Assembly: GCA_946965045.2 (NCBI GenBank)
Contig: OX337239.1
Coordinates: 2,046,001-2,110,000 of the forward strand
Length of the DNA: 64,000 bases
Reading direction: 5' to 3'
Source of the DNA: Epithemia pelagica
Lineage: Eukaryota > Protista > Bacillariophyta
The notes beneath the pieces were generated by a model, which was not told where the DNA came from, did no database searches, and saw only the letters and a program-made list of their open reading frames with translations. Shown piece after piece: positions 1 to 11,042 of this stretch; positions within the stretch are counted from its first letter, which is position 1; each line of letters opens with the position of its first letter. The translations under genes were made by a program, and so were the position numbers.

Positions 1-2094
1 GCAGAGATGAGCTATGAGCTGTTGCGGAACCGACCTCTAATTGTTCGCGTGTGTTGCGTGTTAGGATTGAGGAGGACGGAGAGTTCAAGAACTTTTCTCC
101 GTAAAGCTTTCATTTTTTCATTTACCACATTTCGTCGCGTCTGTGTCCACTGTCCACTGAATCAGTAGTTGATCTTTATGTCCTATCTCTGAATTCTGAA
201 TCTGTGTCCACTGTATTGTCCTGTCTTGGTAGATGGCCATTATTTCATGTAATTTTTTCTAGAGCTCTGACTCGCCCTGGCTTATCGACGCGAACCCGAT
301 CAGCGCTGATCGCTCACCCTGATCGTCATTGCGTTCGCATGGATGAGAAGGATCAGCGCATGCGAAACGAAGCAACATTGCATAGGTAGTCACTAGTCAC
401 AGCTCTCTAGCTTAAGCGACATACTCCTAGCTAGGTGTGCAAGACAATGGACCCATTGCATACCCATAAAGGAAAGAATATACTCCTAGAAACCTCAATA
501 AAGCTATGGTTTATTCTCGAAGAACATGTTCAGGAAGTGAATGTCACTCACACCTCCCAGGGTCAATAGAAGATGATTTTGACGTGACAATCAATCCAGT
601 GATACTGAATGCCCTCTCATAATCACTGACAGATGCGGGGAATCCCAAATACAAATGACAACATGTGTCCTCAGTGCCATCATCTTGTACCGAATCACTG
701 TCACAAGTTTCAGCTCTTACACGCAGAAAATTGCTGTCTCACCGAATTCGCCGTGGTCAATCGGTGCGGGTCCTCGGATCAGCTGACCCGATGAGCTGAT
801 CCAAGGCGCTGGTCAGAGTCAAAGCTCTAATTGTGCTAAGATCTCTAATCTTACAAGCTGGCTTCACGAGCGACCTGCCTAGTCTATTACAGTAGAAATA
901 CTGTACAGACAATTTTGTACATAAACAATCACAGTAACCATCTATGCCCCTTTGCTTATCGACCATGACGACAGCAAATTTTGGGAAACGCACGATGCCG
1001 TTCAAACCAAGAAGACCATGAGTCACCGCGCTTGGCGCTCACGTCGAGTGTCGAGTGCGGACCCGACCGATACACAAGCGGCCCCTGTTCCCCAAACTCC
1101 ACCGGCGCAGCTGATTCCGCCATCGTTGCGGACACCGACGGCACCCAATCGAATGCATCCCACCACGTCAATTGGAGGCATGATCATGATGGGGCTTGCC
1201 CCCACCATCAAGTGACACCCGATATCCCCAAGACCATTGACAACTCGGACCTGGAACCACATCGCGACAGTGATGATAATCACACTCTCATGCAGCCAAT
1301 TCCAAATACAAGACAAACGCCCGTGGTGGACAGTGATCAAGTGGATGTCACCTTTGGATGTGGAAGCAACTTGTTGTCGACTGGATTCATATCACAAAGC
1401 ACGGATCCTGTGGTGCGAGACTTGTTTCTTCCCTTTCCCCGAACCAGCAATGGTACCAATCACCAAACGATCAGCAGCAGTAGTGGTATTCTTCTTCCCA
1501 ACCAGCCGAACAATCGACGAACGCAGTCTCATCCACAATCCACAACTCCGATCCAAACCATCCACTCCTCAAACGACCATTTCAGGACGAGTTAATACGA
1601 CACCAGGAAGTACGACCAGCACACTGGCGCCGGTCCTGCAGCCCATTTCGTCCTTTTATTCCACCATCAACTTTCGTACCGGCCTGTCTGGACACAGTGG
1701 GTTGGCAGTCTCCTCTTTGAACAAGAACAAGCCCCATTATTCTCCTCAAGCATCCAATCACCACCATGCAACCAACAGCAACAACCCACCGAGTGCTACT
1801 CCTAGAGTTTGGGGTTTTGATTGTGGTAGTTCGTGTTCCTGGTTGATAGCGGATAATCATTCGTAAATATAGTACTGTTCATTTTTGATGACTCCTTTCA
1901 AAACTGCCTGCATATCCTAGGCAGACTGTTTCATCTCCAATCTCCAGGCCAAGCATGTGTGCGAATCTCTACTAGGGATGTAAACGTAAGTGCTGATGTT
2001 ATTAATCATTCTCATAGGTATTAGGTGGACTACATTGTGAAGAAGAGATCCTGGTTTGGGAAATTGGTTGTCATACAGTCATGTGCTGCGTTGA

Positions 2095-2188
2095 GGACGA
2101 GGCGAAAGCTTCTCACACAGCCGGGGGACAAACGAGGCAGCGGACGAGGCGAAAGCTTCTCACACAGCCGGGGAGACAAACGAGGCAG
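2095..2188. repeat. Tandem duplication, 47-bp unit x2
   Basis: GGACGAGGCGAAAGCTTCTCACACAGCCGGG(G/A)GACAAACGAGGCAGC starts at 2095 and again at 2142. Confidence 0.9.
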
Positions 2189-2640
2189 CGCCGGATGAGG
2201 CGACCACAGAACAGTGCACAACGTGAAGCACTGCTATTTCCCGAGATACAGGCACCGCGTACGTGATGTTTTTGGATAATCTGTTTGTGTTATACCTATG
2301 CTATCGATCTGGCGCTTTACATCACGTACCAGCGGCATGTGACGGCTATGGTGACCGGAAGCGGTTGCATTTGTTTTTGTTTTCGTATATCATCACGAAA
2401 TTATGTGATGAACAGGAAAACCTCAACGCGTCCGCACCGCTAGATTACTATGAAATAATATGTAAGATAGAAAAGGGAGTAATTACAAAATTGGTACACA
2501 ATTTTTGTACTGTAATGCACTAGGTATGTGAGGCGCGAAGCCAGCTTGTAGCACTTATCACACTCTCTAGTTAGAGTGGAGCTATGAAACTCTAGTAGAG
2601 ACTACTGCCTGGGATCTGTAATCGACCTTATTTCGCCTAG

Positions 2641-2880
2641 AGTACTAGTATCGAGTACAGCCGTAATGTGAGAGTACGAGTATCGAGTACCTACTTCTGT
2701 ACTCATACATGTTCGAGTACGAGTACCCAGCCACTCCTGACTGTACGAGTACGAGTATCAATGATTACTCGTCCATCGAATATGTAGAGAGTACGAGTAT
2801 CGAGTATATACTCGCAAGTATTCCACTATACTCGAGTATTACTTGCACGAATCCCGCTATGGTAGTCACGAGTCGTACTA
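2641..2880. repeat. Degenerate GAGTAC/CTCGAGTA-rich dispersed repeat patch
   Basis: Dense GAGTACGAGTA, TCGAGTA and TACTCG motifs. A related patch lies at 5649-5893 and a shorter reverse-orientation one at 41814-41860. Confidence 0.7.
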
Positions 2881-2920
2881 CGTGCTAGGCCGGCTAGTTT
2901 TTCATTTTAGCCGTGCCGAT

Positions 2921-3090
2921 TTGTCCCCACTTTTCCTGCTCTTTTTCCTTCACATGCAAGTCGTCCCCACTTTTCTCGCTCTCTGCTTCATCCTATTTTG
3001 TCCTCACTTTTCCTGCTCTTTCCTTCACATGCACTTCGTCCCCACTTTTCTTTCTATCCTTTTCATCGCCATTTGTCCCCACCTAGCCTG
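2921..3090. repeat. Pyrimidine-rich minisatellite, ~38-bp period, 5 units with alternating (~77-bp dimer) structure
   Basis: A GTCC(C/T)CAC core recurs at about 2923, 2963, 3000, 3038 and 3075. Units 1 and 3 share CCTGCTCTTT..CCTTCACATGCA. Confidence 0.8.
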
Positions 3091-3446
3091 CTCCTTTTGT
3101 CACTCAGGGATCAGGGAATCTACGTACAAGCCACTTTTCACAACTAAACATCTACCTAAAATCCAAGTATATCGTCTCCTTCTTACAACATGATCCACCT
3201 CCTCTCATTTACAGCTAGGTTTACGTCCTCTTCATTGTTTTGGGTCTTGGGAGAAACCAGAGTGTTACAGGGCATAGCATTGTTCAATACATTGTTGCGA
3301 CGAGGTCATGTGGACGTGAGTCTTTATTGACAATCCATGTCAAATGTCAAGGCAAGTTCTTCCATGGTAGAGGTGGAGAGATCTTGGGTGGGGTATCGCA
3401 ACTAAGTTTCCACTCAAGTTTGATTCCGCTGAAGAACCATCAAGGC

Positions 3447-3790
3447 CACCATTTTGTGGGTCCATCAAAGGAGCCACCGATGTGCTTGGTGCTGTACTAC
3501 TGGGAACTGGGTGTCGGGACAGGTAAGAGTGTCCTGCATGGTATCAGTGAATGGTGTTGGTTGGTCAGGTCTACAGTTGTTTTTGTTGGTCACCTTTTGT
3601 GGGTCCATCGAAGGAGCCGCCGATGTGCTTGTTGTACCACTGGGTACACAGGTACTCGTGTTGAGCATGTCCTGCATGGTATCAGTGAATAATGGAGGAG
3701 TGCAGTGTTGGTTGGTCTACAGTTGCTTCTCTTGGCCACCTTCTGTGGGTGCATCAATGGAGCCGCCAATGTGCTTGGTGTACCACTGCT
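3447..3790. repeat. Diverged tandem repeat, ~144-bp period, ~2.3 copies
   Basis: CACC.T.TGTGGGT.CATC.A.GGAGCC.CC.ATGTGCTTG recurs at about 3448, 3590 and 3737. TGTCCTGCATGGTATCAGTGAAT occurs twice. Confidence 0.8.
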
Positions 3791-4533
3791 GATGCACCAT
3801 CCATATCGTCTACAGCTAGATCGATCTCCTCTTCATCTTCGCTAATAGTACTCTTCGGGTTCTCCTCATCTGCCGAGTCTAGAGTCCATGGTTGGGCCGG
3901 CATCATCTTCAGTTTCTGCTACTTTATATTTGGCATCAAAGGGTGTCTACTGGGCAAGATATCACATGATCGTCGTTTCTGGGTGGGCTGTCAGTACTGG
4001 CGAGGCCGCAGCGGGCAATGTGGCCACCACAAAGGCGAGCGTATGTGACACGACAGTCACCGAAGGCCACACTAGCTACACCATGGACGATGAGACTGTT
4101 GTTGTTGTCTCATTGGAATCCACACCAACAAACGGTGTGTACAAGCACAGTGCCAATGCCAGGAACAGGGCGAGTGTCATACTCAAGAAGGATCCCCACA
4201 CATGACTACGGGCCAATCCACCTCATCCAGTCTGGGGTTGTTGGTATTGTTGGTATTGTTTGTGTGGATGGCATGGAGGAGGTGGTTGTTGTCGCATTCG
4301 TTGTTGGTGGCGGCAAGCCATGGGGCTTTAAGTGATGATGAGCATGATTGGTGTGATTGGAAGTGTTGTGGCGTGAAGGTGAAAAGCGAGACGAAGCAGG
4401 ACCACCAGCACCACCATTGGTATGATGATTGTGATGAGTGGTGGAACAGTTGGAGGATCCATCGTGTGGTGGCAAAACATGATTAGGAGATTGGTGCGCG
4501 GATGGTGGCGGCACTCGTTCCGGATTTTCAGTT

Positions 4534-5460
4534 TCAGGATGAGGAGGAGCGGTTCCAACGGTCCAACAACAACAATATTCCCGTCGTCCGGCTGGGACTT
4601 GTTCCACAACCAAACTGGTCCAGGGGACCACACATCCAAGAAGGCCATGGCCGCCACTGCGAACCACGGAATGCCCAAGGGACGACGCCACCAGTACAAT
4701 AACGAGGAGGATGCTGTTGCCGTGGCAGTAATGCCGGCGCCAAAGCGAGACGTCGTGGCGGGTACCATTCAGTCTCCTCCACCTCAAACAAAGAACCCAG
4801 GGGTCGTTGTTGTGTGGCAGTATTGTTTGTGGAGGAATCGTCGTCGTAGCCCAGACCCCAGAGGGGACGACGACGACGACGAGGCCCAGGGAGGAGGACT
4901 GCTATCCAGATAGTCCTTGCTGGTACATGCCAGTTGTCCGTCTGCTTGTTGATGACAAGCTGCCGCAAACTAGGGATGAACCACTGGAGCAGATCCTCCC
5001 ACGGCTCCTTGACCAAAGAAACTCATAGAAAAGGTTGTTGTAGTTGTCGAAAACCAAAACTCATTTTCAAACCACAAGGACATTTGCTCCCATAGTAATG
5101 ATGGAGGAGAATGAGGCATTGATTGTCTTGCCATTCTTGTGAGTGGCCCAATACCGGATTGTCCCAAATCTTGAATCCTCTTGTGACTGCTGAGACAAGA
5201 CCATTGAGCCATGGGTTTGGACAATCCCACACAGTCAGCGAGTTGACAAATGATGGTAAATGGAGTAGAGCGATGCATCAAATCTTCAGTCCTCATGACC
5301 ATAGAGTCAAAAATGGAATTGGTTGGCCTGGCCAGCAATCGACCTTGGGCCCACTCATGAAACTTGGTGATTCAATGAACAGAAATTGGGCAAGAGTTTG
5401 CAAATCACCGCAGGTTGAAATTGAATCCATTCCAGGGATCGTAAGTGTGTTGTTCTTCAT
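4534..5460 (-). pseudogene. Decayed reading frame of unknown origin with three in-frame TGA stops
   Basis: Track ORFs 5293-5673, 5023-5232 and 4534-5016 are in one frame. From ATG 5460 it reads MKNNTLTIPG...LWS*GLKI*CIALLHLP...QQPFL*VSLVKEPW, with stops at 5295, 5280 and 5025, all TGA. No family recognised. Confidence 0.4.
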
Positions 5461-5648
5461 TGAATCGGCTGGAATAGACGACTCTGTCCGACAAACAGAA
5501 AGAATATGGATGATGGACGAGGTAGGATAGAGGATGGTCGATGATCGATGGTTGATGGTTGATGGTTGATGGTCGATGGTCGAGGGTTCATGAGTGATGA
5601 TACAAAAGAAATAGGTGCAAATGGGGGGACAAACCATGCGCATAGAAA

Positions 5649-5893
5649 ATACTCGAGTACGATGAAGTAACACTCGAGTATTACTCGGGTATTGGATGTA
5701 GCTCGAGTACGAGTAGAGAGTATGTACTTGCCGAACTACGAATCCATGAGTACGAGTACACGAGTAATACTCGACAAGAAAGTAAGAGTATCGAGTAATT
5801 ACTTGTATGTCAAAATTGGAGGAAGTACGAGTATTTTAGCACCAATACTCGAGTATTACTCGAGTATTATGCTCGGTACTCGTACTCGATTAC
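5649..5893. repeat. Second GAGTAC/CTCGAGTA-rich patch
   Basis: Contains TACTCGAGTATTACTCGAG palindromic modules and GAGTACGAGTA motifs, like 2641-2880. Confidence 0.7.
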
Positions 5894-5915
5894 AGATCCC
5901 AGACTACTGCACAAA

Positions 5916-5947
<32 letters not shown>

Positions 5948-6467
5948 CCAATAGGAATAGGAGATGTTCGTAGTTCGTACGAGTGCTCCTATCTTTTGAA
6001 GTTCTCTCATTTTGCCCTATGAAGTATGAAGCCAGAAACCAATGAACAGTCGTGAAGAAAAGAACCTGCAGAGGTCTACCTCTCTACGAGTACGAGTAGT
6101 AGAGAGGATCTTGGATCTTGGACGAAGAAAGAAGTAGTGGTCTTCGTCATGTTACCTGCCCACTGCCCACCCACGAATGAGAATGCAGAGAATCACCGAA
6201 TAATTGGACAGAGAGTCTTTCATCTTTCATCTCCTATTTCTCTTGAGACTTGAGACTTGAGACATGATGTGTGAGATGAGTGGGGAAGTTGTCTGTCCGG
6301 CTGACCAAAGAGCACCCGCCTCCGGGTACTCTATCTTACGGTACTCCTAGGATAATCCAATATTCTACTCCTAGCTAGAGTAGAAAATAGGAAGAGCATA
6401 CCCTAGAAAGAAACCGTACTCCTATTAACATTCATCATCCTGGGGTGATGAAGGTGAAGAAGTTGAG

Positions 6468-7142
6468 ATGCTGGCACCATCACCTTGTACTCTGCACCAT
6501 TGTTTGATTCAACAAGTAAGACTCTCTGCTAGACCTTTGGCTGGAGCATCCTTTCCATCAGATTTGTCTGTGACATCGATGCAGCTGTCGTCGTCGACCA
6601 GCTTGAATCTTTTTGTAAATAGCGGCATCCTTCCCGCAGCAACTGCAACGCTGACAATGGCTGCTCCGTATATATTGTGTTGTAACTTGCTTTATCTGGC
6701 GAGACGATCACATTTACGGAAAACCACCATGATGGAAATTCTGAAGATTCGAACGACGCGTGAAGTTGGATTTTCTCGTGGTATGTTTTGTCTCATTTTG
6801 CTAGCCTGGCAACTACTCGTTGCCTTGTACCCCTTGGTGGAACCGGTGGCGTCGGTTGCTTTTGGCTACACCTTCTTTTTCTATTCATATCCCAACGCTA
6901 ATGGTGCTGGGTACATCTTGGAGCCACTGAATGTACAGCATCTACGCGCCAATCAACGGACGAAGACTCAGTTCCGTTTGGACTGGCATCGCTTCAAATA
7001 CAACGTTGGCGAAATTGGCCGCGACGGCTACCGACATCCGCCTTCTCGGACCGAAAATCTGCCGCACATTGATTTCAGTCCCAAGGGAATCAAGCATTGG
7101 CCATGGAGGAGAAGAATGAGGATGGAAACAAAGACACAATGA
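6468..7142 (+). CDS. Hypothetical membrane protein (224 aa)
   Basis: ATG-started ORF with hydrophobic segments (MFCLILLAWQLLVALYPL) and a complex, protein-like C-terminus (RFKYNVGEIGRDGYRHPP...HWPWR). No family recognised. Confidence 0.55.
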   Translation: MLAPSPCTLHHCLIQQVRLSARPLAGASFPSDLSVTSMQLSSSTSLNLFVNSGILPAATATLTMAAPYILCCNLLYLARRSHLRKTTMMEILKIRTTREVGFSRGMFCLILLAWQLLVALYPLVEPVASVAFGYTFFFYSYPNANGAGYILEPLNVQHLRANQRTKTQFRLDWHRFKYNVGEIGRDGYRHPPSRTENLPHIDFSPKGIKHWPWRRRMRMETKTQ

Positions 7143-7730
7143 CGTAGAATTTTCACTGCAACCCAAATCTCTTTTGCTGTTTCGCGAAAGCAGTGCTAAC
7201 CAAGTTCGATCGGAGAACGATGAACTCGATTGGGACCTGGTTCCATGAAACCTCAAGAGTTCATCTGGCACTAAAAAAGTACGTCTTGCTGGGGCTAAAA
7301 AAGGATTGGTATGCATGATCGGATCATGAAGTGGATTGTGACTCGAACACAGAGACTCAGAGGGGTAATCTTTACAACGATAGCAAAGGTACATGACTCC
7401 CAGAGGCAGTGCGCGTCTTGTATCTCATGCAACCCTCATGAGTTGCTGCGCAAATTACTGTGTCAACGCGGCACCTGGTGAAATCGTCCGTCAGTGCTGG
7501 ATTCTTTGTTTGAACTGAATGGATCCTGAGACGCCTTACGGTAGCCTTTCCATCGGGTGCTACGTCAGGGTTATGAAATACATATGAATACAAATCTTGG
7601 CTTTTCAAAATATTGGAAGTGGAGGAGGCCAGCAACTAGAGCAGCGCAACGGTCAATAAATTGAATAAAAATATACACCAAGTTGATCAAAATCAAGGTA
7701 GTTCCCCTTAATAAACTCTACCAACGAACA

Positions 7731-9746
7731 TTATGGACCTCCACAGGGTATCCTAGAGGAAGACTCTGACTTGGATTGTCCACGGTGTTTATCGTCACTC
7801 ATTTGGACCCCCCATGAACTCAGAAACGCCGTTTGTTTGCTGGAACCAAAGGATTTGAAAATGTCGAGCGGTTTGCTCGTCGGTTCCTCATTGTCTTGTT
7901 CTTTCGGTTTATCCTCGGTATTTTCTTGTGAGGCATGCACGGTTTCCTCTCCCAATACTGGTAGTTGCGGGGAAGAGTTGCCGTTTTCGTCATCACTCGG
8001 TCTCGTTCCGGTCGAGGAAGATCCCTTGGACATCCACGATTGCATGAAATCACGCACTTCCAAGGAATTCACGGAAGGATATTCACCCATTTCCACAGGC
8101 CCTTGAACATCTTGGCCCTGGACCTTTGTTTGGTGGGACAAGAATTCGACGGAAGGGCCACCACCCAAGGCCGAAAGACCCGACAAGGATCGTCCCAAAT
8201 CTTCCACATCAGTCGACTCATTGCGCACCGCCGTTGGCTCCGTCTTGAGCGAGATCTCAGGACAAGAAAAGCTACTGGTTTTCGCTTGCTCTGCGATGGA
8301 ATGGACCCCACCACCATCCTGCTTGACCGCTCGTCTCAATGTTGTATCCGCATTCATGCCACTGAGTCCCGACAAGGATCGTTCTAATTCTTCCATGATG
8401 GCCGTTGCATTGGATTCGTTTCGATGCGCCTCCGTCGGGTCTAGTTTGTTGAAGGGAATCGATGGACATGAATAGCGATTGGCGTTTGAAATGGAAACGC
8501 CGCCTTGTTTCCGACTGCTGGTGGCCTCTCGGCCATCCCGGGCGCTCAAACCCGAAAAGGATCGTTCTAGATCCTCCATCATGGTTGAACTATGAGACTT
8601 AGTGAATGTGGGTGGCTGTTGTCCGGTTTTTCTTGGCGGTGGTCTTTCGTCCAAGGGAGCGACCGCATCCTTCGATGAGGCAGACGTGTAGGTCCAAGTT
8701 TGGACAAAATCCGTCATCATCAATCCCTCACTGAGCGAGGAGCGCAATAGGTTCATTGGTTCCACCCAATGATCTCCCATACCACGTAAATGGTGGTGGT
8801 TCTGAAGCTTTTTGGATATCGTAGAAGACGGTGGCGATTGCGTATAGCGTAGTTTGGGTTCCGGCCAGCGCTTAGTGCTGCTCATTGACTCGGAGGATCG
8901 ATGGGTCCCCCACTTGTCCGCAAAATCTTGCAAAATTTCTCCATTGGCTGATCGAAGAGGGTCTAAGGGAGAAAATAAATCCTTATTGCTCGCACTTCGA
9001 TTGGCTCGTTTGCCCAGTGTTCCCAGTGCTGGTTCTGTTTTTGGTTCGTCATCTTCTTGTGGCAAAATTGACATGGTTTGTTGATTGGTTGTTTTACGAG
9101 ACGACAGTGGCGATGCAAGGATTCCTTCGTCCCCACTTCCTATAGCCTTTTCGTAAAGGCTCTGTTTTTGCCACAGTATTCTTCGAAAACTGGAATCGCT
9201 CGTTTGGAAGGACGAGGAGGGAGTGGATGTGAGTGATGACGAAGGAGATCGTGATGTGGTAGTCGTCGTTGACTTCTTTGACGTATTAGACGAGGTCAAG
9301 GAAGAGGTTACTTTTGCAGGTGGTCGCGGGCATTTCCGTTTTCGATCCGAATTGACATTACGCAGGGCATGAGACACTTTTTCATGCTGTGCGTTGGCAT
9401 CGATTTCCACCCATGTTTCGGTCTTTTTGTCGTACTTCATGAACCGCGCCCCATTTTCCTTCACCTTTTGAATCACTGATCGTGTCACACCCGACTTATC
9501 ATCCTTGCGTCGAGCCTGGAAATAGGCCTCCCGGTGTTGTTGCACAATTTCTTGGTATCTTTGATTGCCCACGTGTTTGTGGGCTCGTCGATTTTGCGCA
9601 CAAATCACGTCCGCGGCCCGCACTCCTTCAAACGACGATTCGTCGGCCCCAAACGGAAACTCGGCCGTATAAATCGTTGTACTGGTGACATTGTTTATTG
9701 TAATTGAGCTTTCCGGCTCTGGTTGCTGTGAACTTTCTGGTAACAT
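7731..9746 (-). CDS. DUF6824-domain protein with long Ser-rich disordered region (671 aa)
   Basis: DVICAQ...HVGNQRYQEIV...Y..A.RKDDKS.VTRSVIQKVKENGARFMK...WVEI.....HEKVSHALR matches the diatom-expanded DUF6824 pattern (recognised by eye). Confidence 0.8.
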   Translation of the reverse strand: MLPESSQQPEPESSITINNVTSTTIYTAEFPFGADESSFEGVRAADVICAQNRRAHKHVGNQRYQEIVQQHREAYFQARRKDDKSGVTRSVIQKVKENGARFMKYDKKTETWVEIDANAQHEKVSHALRNVNSDRKRKCPRPPAKVTSSLTSSNTSKKSTTTTTSRSPSSSLTSTPSSSFQTSDSSFRRILWQKQSLYEKAIGSGDEGILASPLSSRKTTNQQTMSILPQEDDEPKTEPALGTLGKRANRSASNKDLFSPLDPLRSANGEILQDFADKWGTHRSSESMSSTKRWPEPKLRYTQSPPSSTISKKLQNHHHLRGMGDHWVEPMNLLRSSLSEGLMMTDFVQTWTYTSASSKDAVAPLDERPPPRKTGQQPPTFTKSHSSTMMEDLERSFSGLSARDGREATSSRKQGGVSISNANRYSCPSIPFNKLDPTEAHRNESNATAIMEELERSLSGLSGMNADTTLRRAVKQDGGGVHSIAEQAKTSSFSCPEISLKTEPTAVRNESTDVEDLGRSLSGLSALGGGPSVEFLSHQTKVQGQDVQGPVEMGEYPSVNSLEVRDFMQSWMSKGSSSTGTRPSDDENGNSSPQLPVLGEETVHASQENTEDKPKEQDNEEPTSKPLDIFKSFGSSKQTAFLSSWGVQMSDDKHRGQSKSESSSRIPCGGP

Positions 9747-10812
9747 GGTGTTTCAACGAAGATTGTCTCTGTTTCGTTTCAACATGTGAGGTTTGCTGTT
9801 TGCTGGTGGGTGGTGGGGTGGGGAAACGTGTGCCCGCGGGTGTGGGGAAACACCTGCCCCATGGTATTTTTTAAAGTTTGGTTCTACTATATTTCCCTAT
9901 ACTACATAAAGCTTCGTCCCCCAGAGGCTAACTGACTCTACAGAAAGGCTTTATACAAACTCTTTCCATCCCTACAAAAAGATCTAGAGTCAGTGCCTGG
10001 CCTTTCATGTTTCGTGTTTCGTTAAGGCTATTTGGACGCGCGCGCAAAGTGCATGCAGTATCTTCGTGTATACCCCAAACAGAGTCAGCGAGAAAAAGAC
10101 AAGGGACAGATAACTTCTTTCTTACGGACAAAGATCGATCGCACTAACACTTCCTCACGTCCACTTTTTCAAAATTGTCAAAACGACTGAGCATCAACAA
10201 GCCACAAGAGACATCAACAAGCCACAAGAGAGATCCTGAATTGTGATCTACCTATTACTGCCTTCTCTGTTCTCGTTCCACAAACTGGGTCGTCATGTTG
10301 TGAAAGATCACAAAGGAAATCCCAAGTTGGCATTGACGCGCAATTCTTGAAAAGGGGCAGATTCGGCATCTAAAATCGGACGGCCCTACTCTTTTGAATC
10401 CTACTTCTATCCTTCTACTGATCCTTCTACTGTGCTGTTTGTTCATTTCCGCGAGCTGCTCCTCTCATCTACAGGTAACATCGTGCTTCATGGTCCCTTG
10501 CTCAACCACAGTCAACCTTCTGCTGTGCGTGAATCGCTCGTTCGCTGAGATCATAGGGCAAAGTTAAACGTCTTCTGAGAAATTCAGAAAAAATGCAACA
10601 ACGGCGGAAAAGACAATGGTCATTGACAGCATCCTATAAGTGTTCTTTAAGACGGATTCAGCGTTATGGTCAAGTTCCGCTGCCTCTGCAGCGCCAACGG
10701 GGTTTAAGTGGTCGATGGAGCTCACCTGCTCCTGCGCTTGAGGAAATCACTTATCTTGAATTGATGTGACTCCAGGTAGAAGCAAGAAAATTCAGGAACT
10801 AGATTTGTCGAT

Positions 10813-10971
10813 ATGGAAAGATTGGAATTTATGATTCATCCGGCTGGTCGGGTTGAAGAAAAGGTGACAGGCATAAAGGGGCAGTCCTGTGAAGAGGTCA
10901 CCAATGCCATTGAGGAACAACTGGAAAGAACATCTTCGCTCGACAGAAACGTCTCGGAAGGACGGTCATAG
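10813..10971 (+). pseudogene. DUF2997-like small protein fragment (52 aa), below the ORF-track cutoff
   Basis: Translates to MERLEFMIHPAGRVEEKVTGIKGQSCEEVTNAIEEQL, closely resembling cyanobacterial/algal DUF2997 (xLEFxIxPDGRVxEKVTGIxGxSCxEVT). The C-terminus diverges after EQL, and an in-frame TAG lies just upstream. Confidence 0.6.
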
Positions 10972-11042
10972 ACTGATTTTTGAGAGCCAACAGCTAAAAG
11001 CAAAACCATGATACACGAATACGTCTTGCAGGTATTTGATTT

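Noticed and set aside
952-1866. Cluster of overlapping 70-209-aa ORFs
   Set aside because: Low-complexity, no recognisable domain and no consistent frame. Possibly decayed coding DNA, but not supportable.
6942-7635. Minus-strand ORFs 7372-7635 and 6942-7394 as extra exons of the DUF6824 gene or a separate gene
   Set aside because: No convincing splice path or motif, and one overlaps the better ORF 6468-7142 in antisense.
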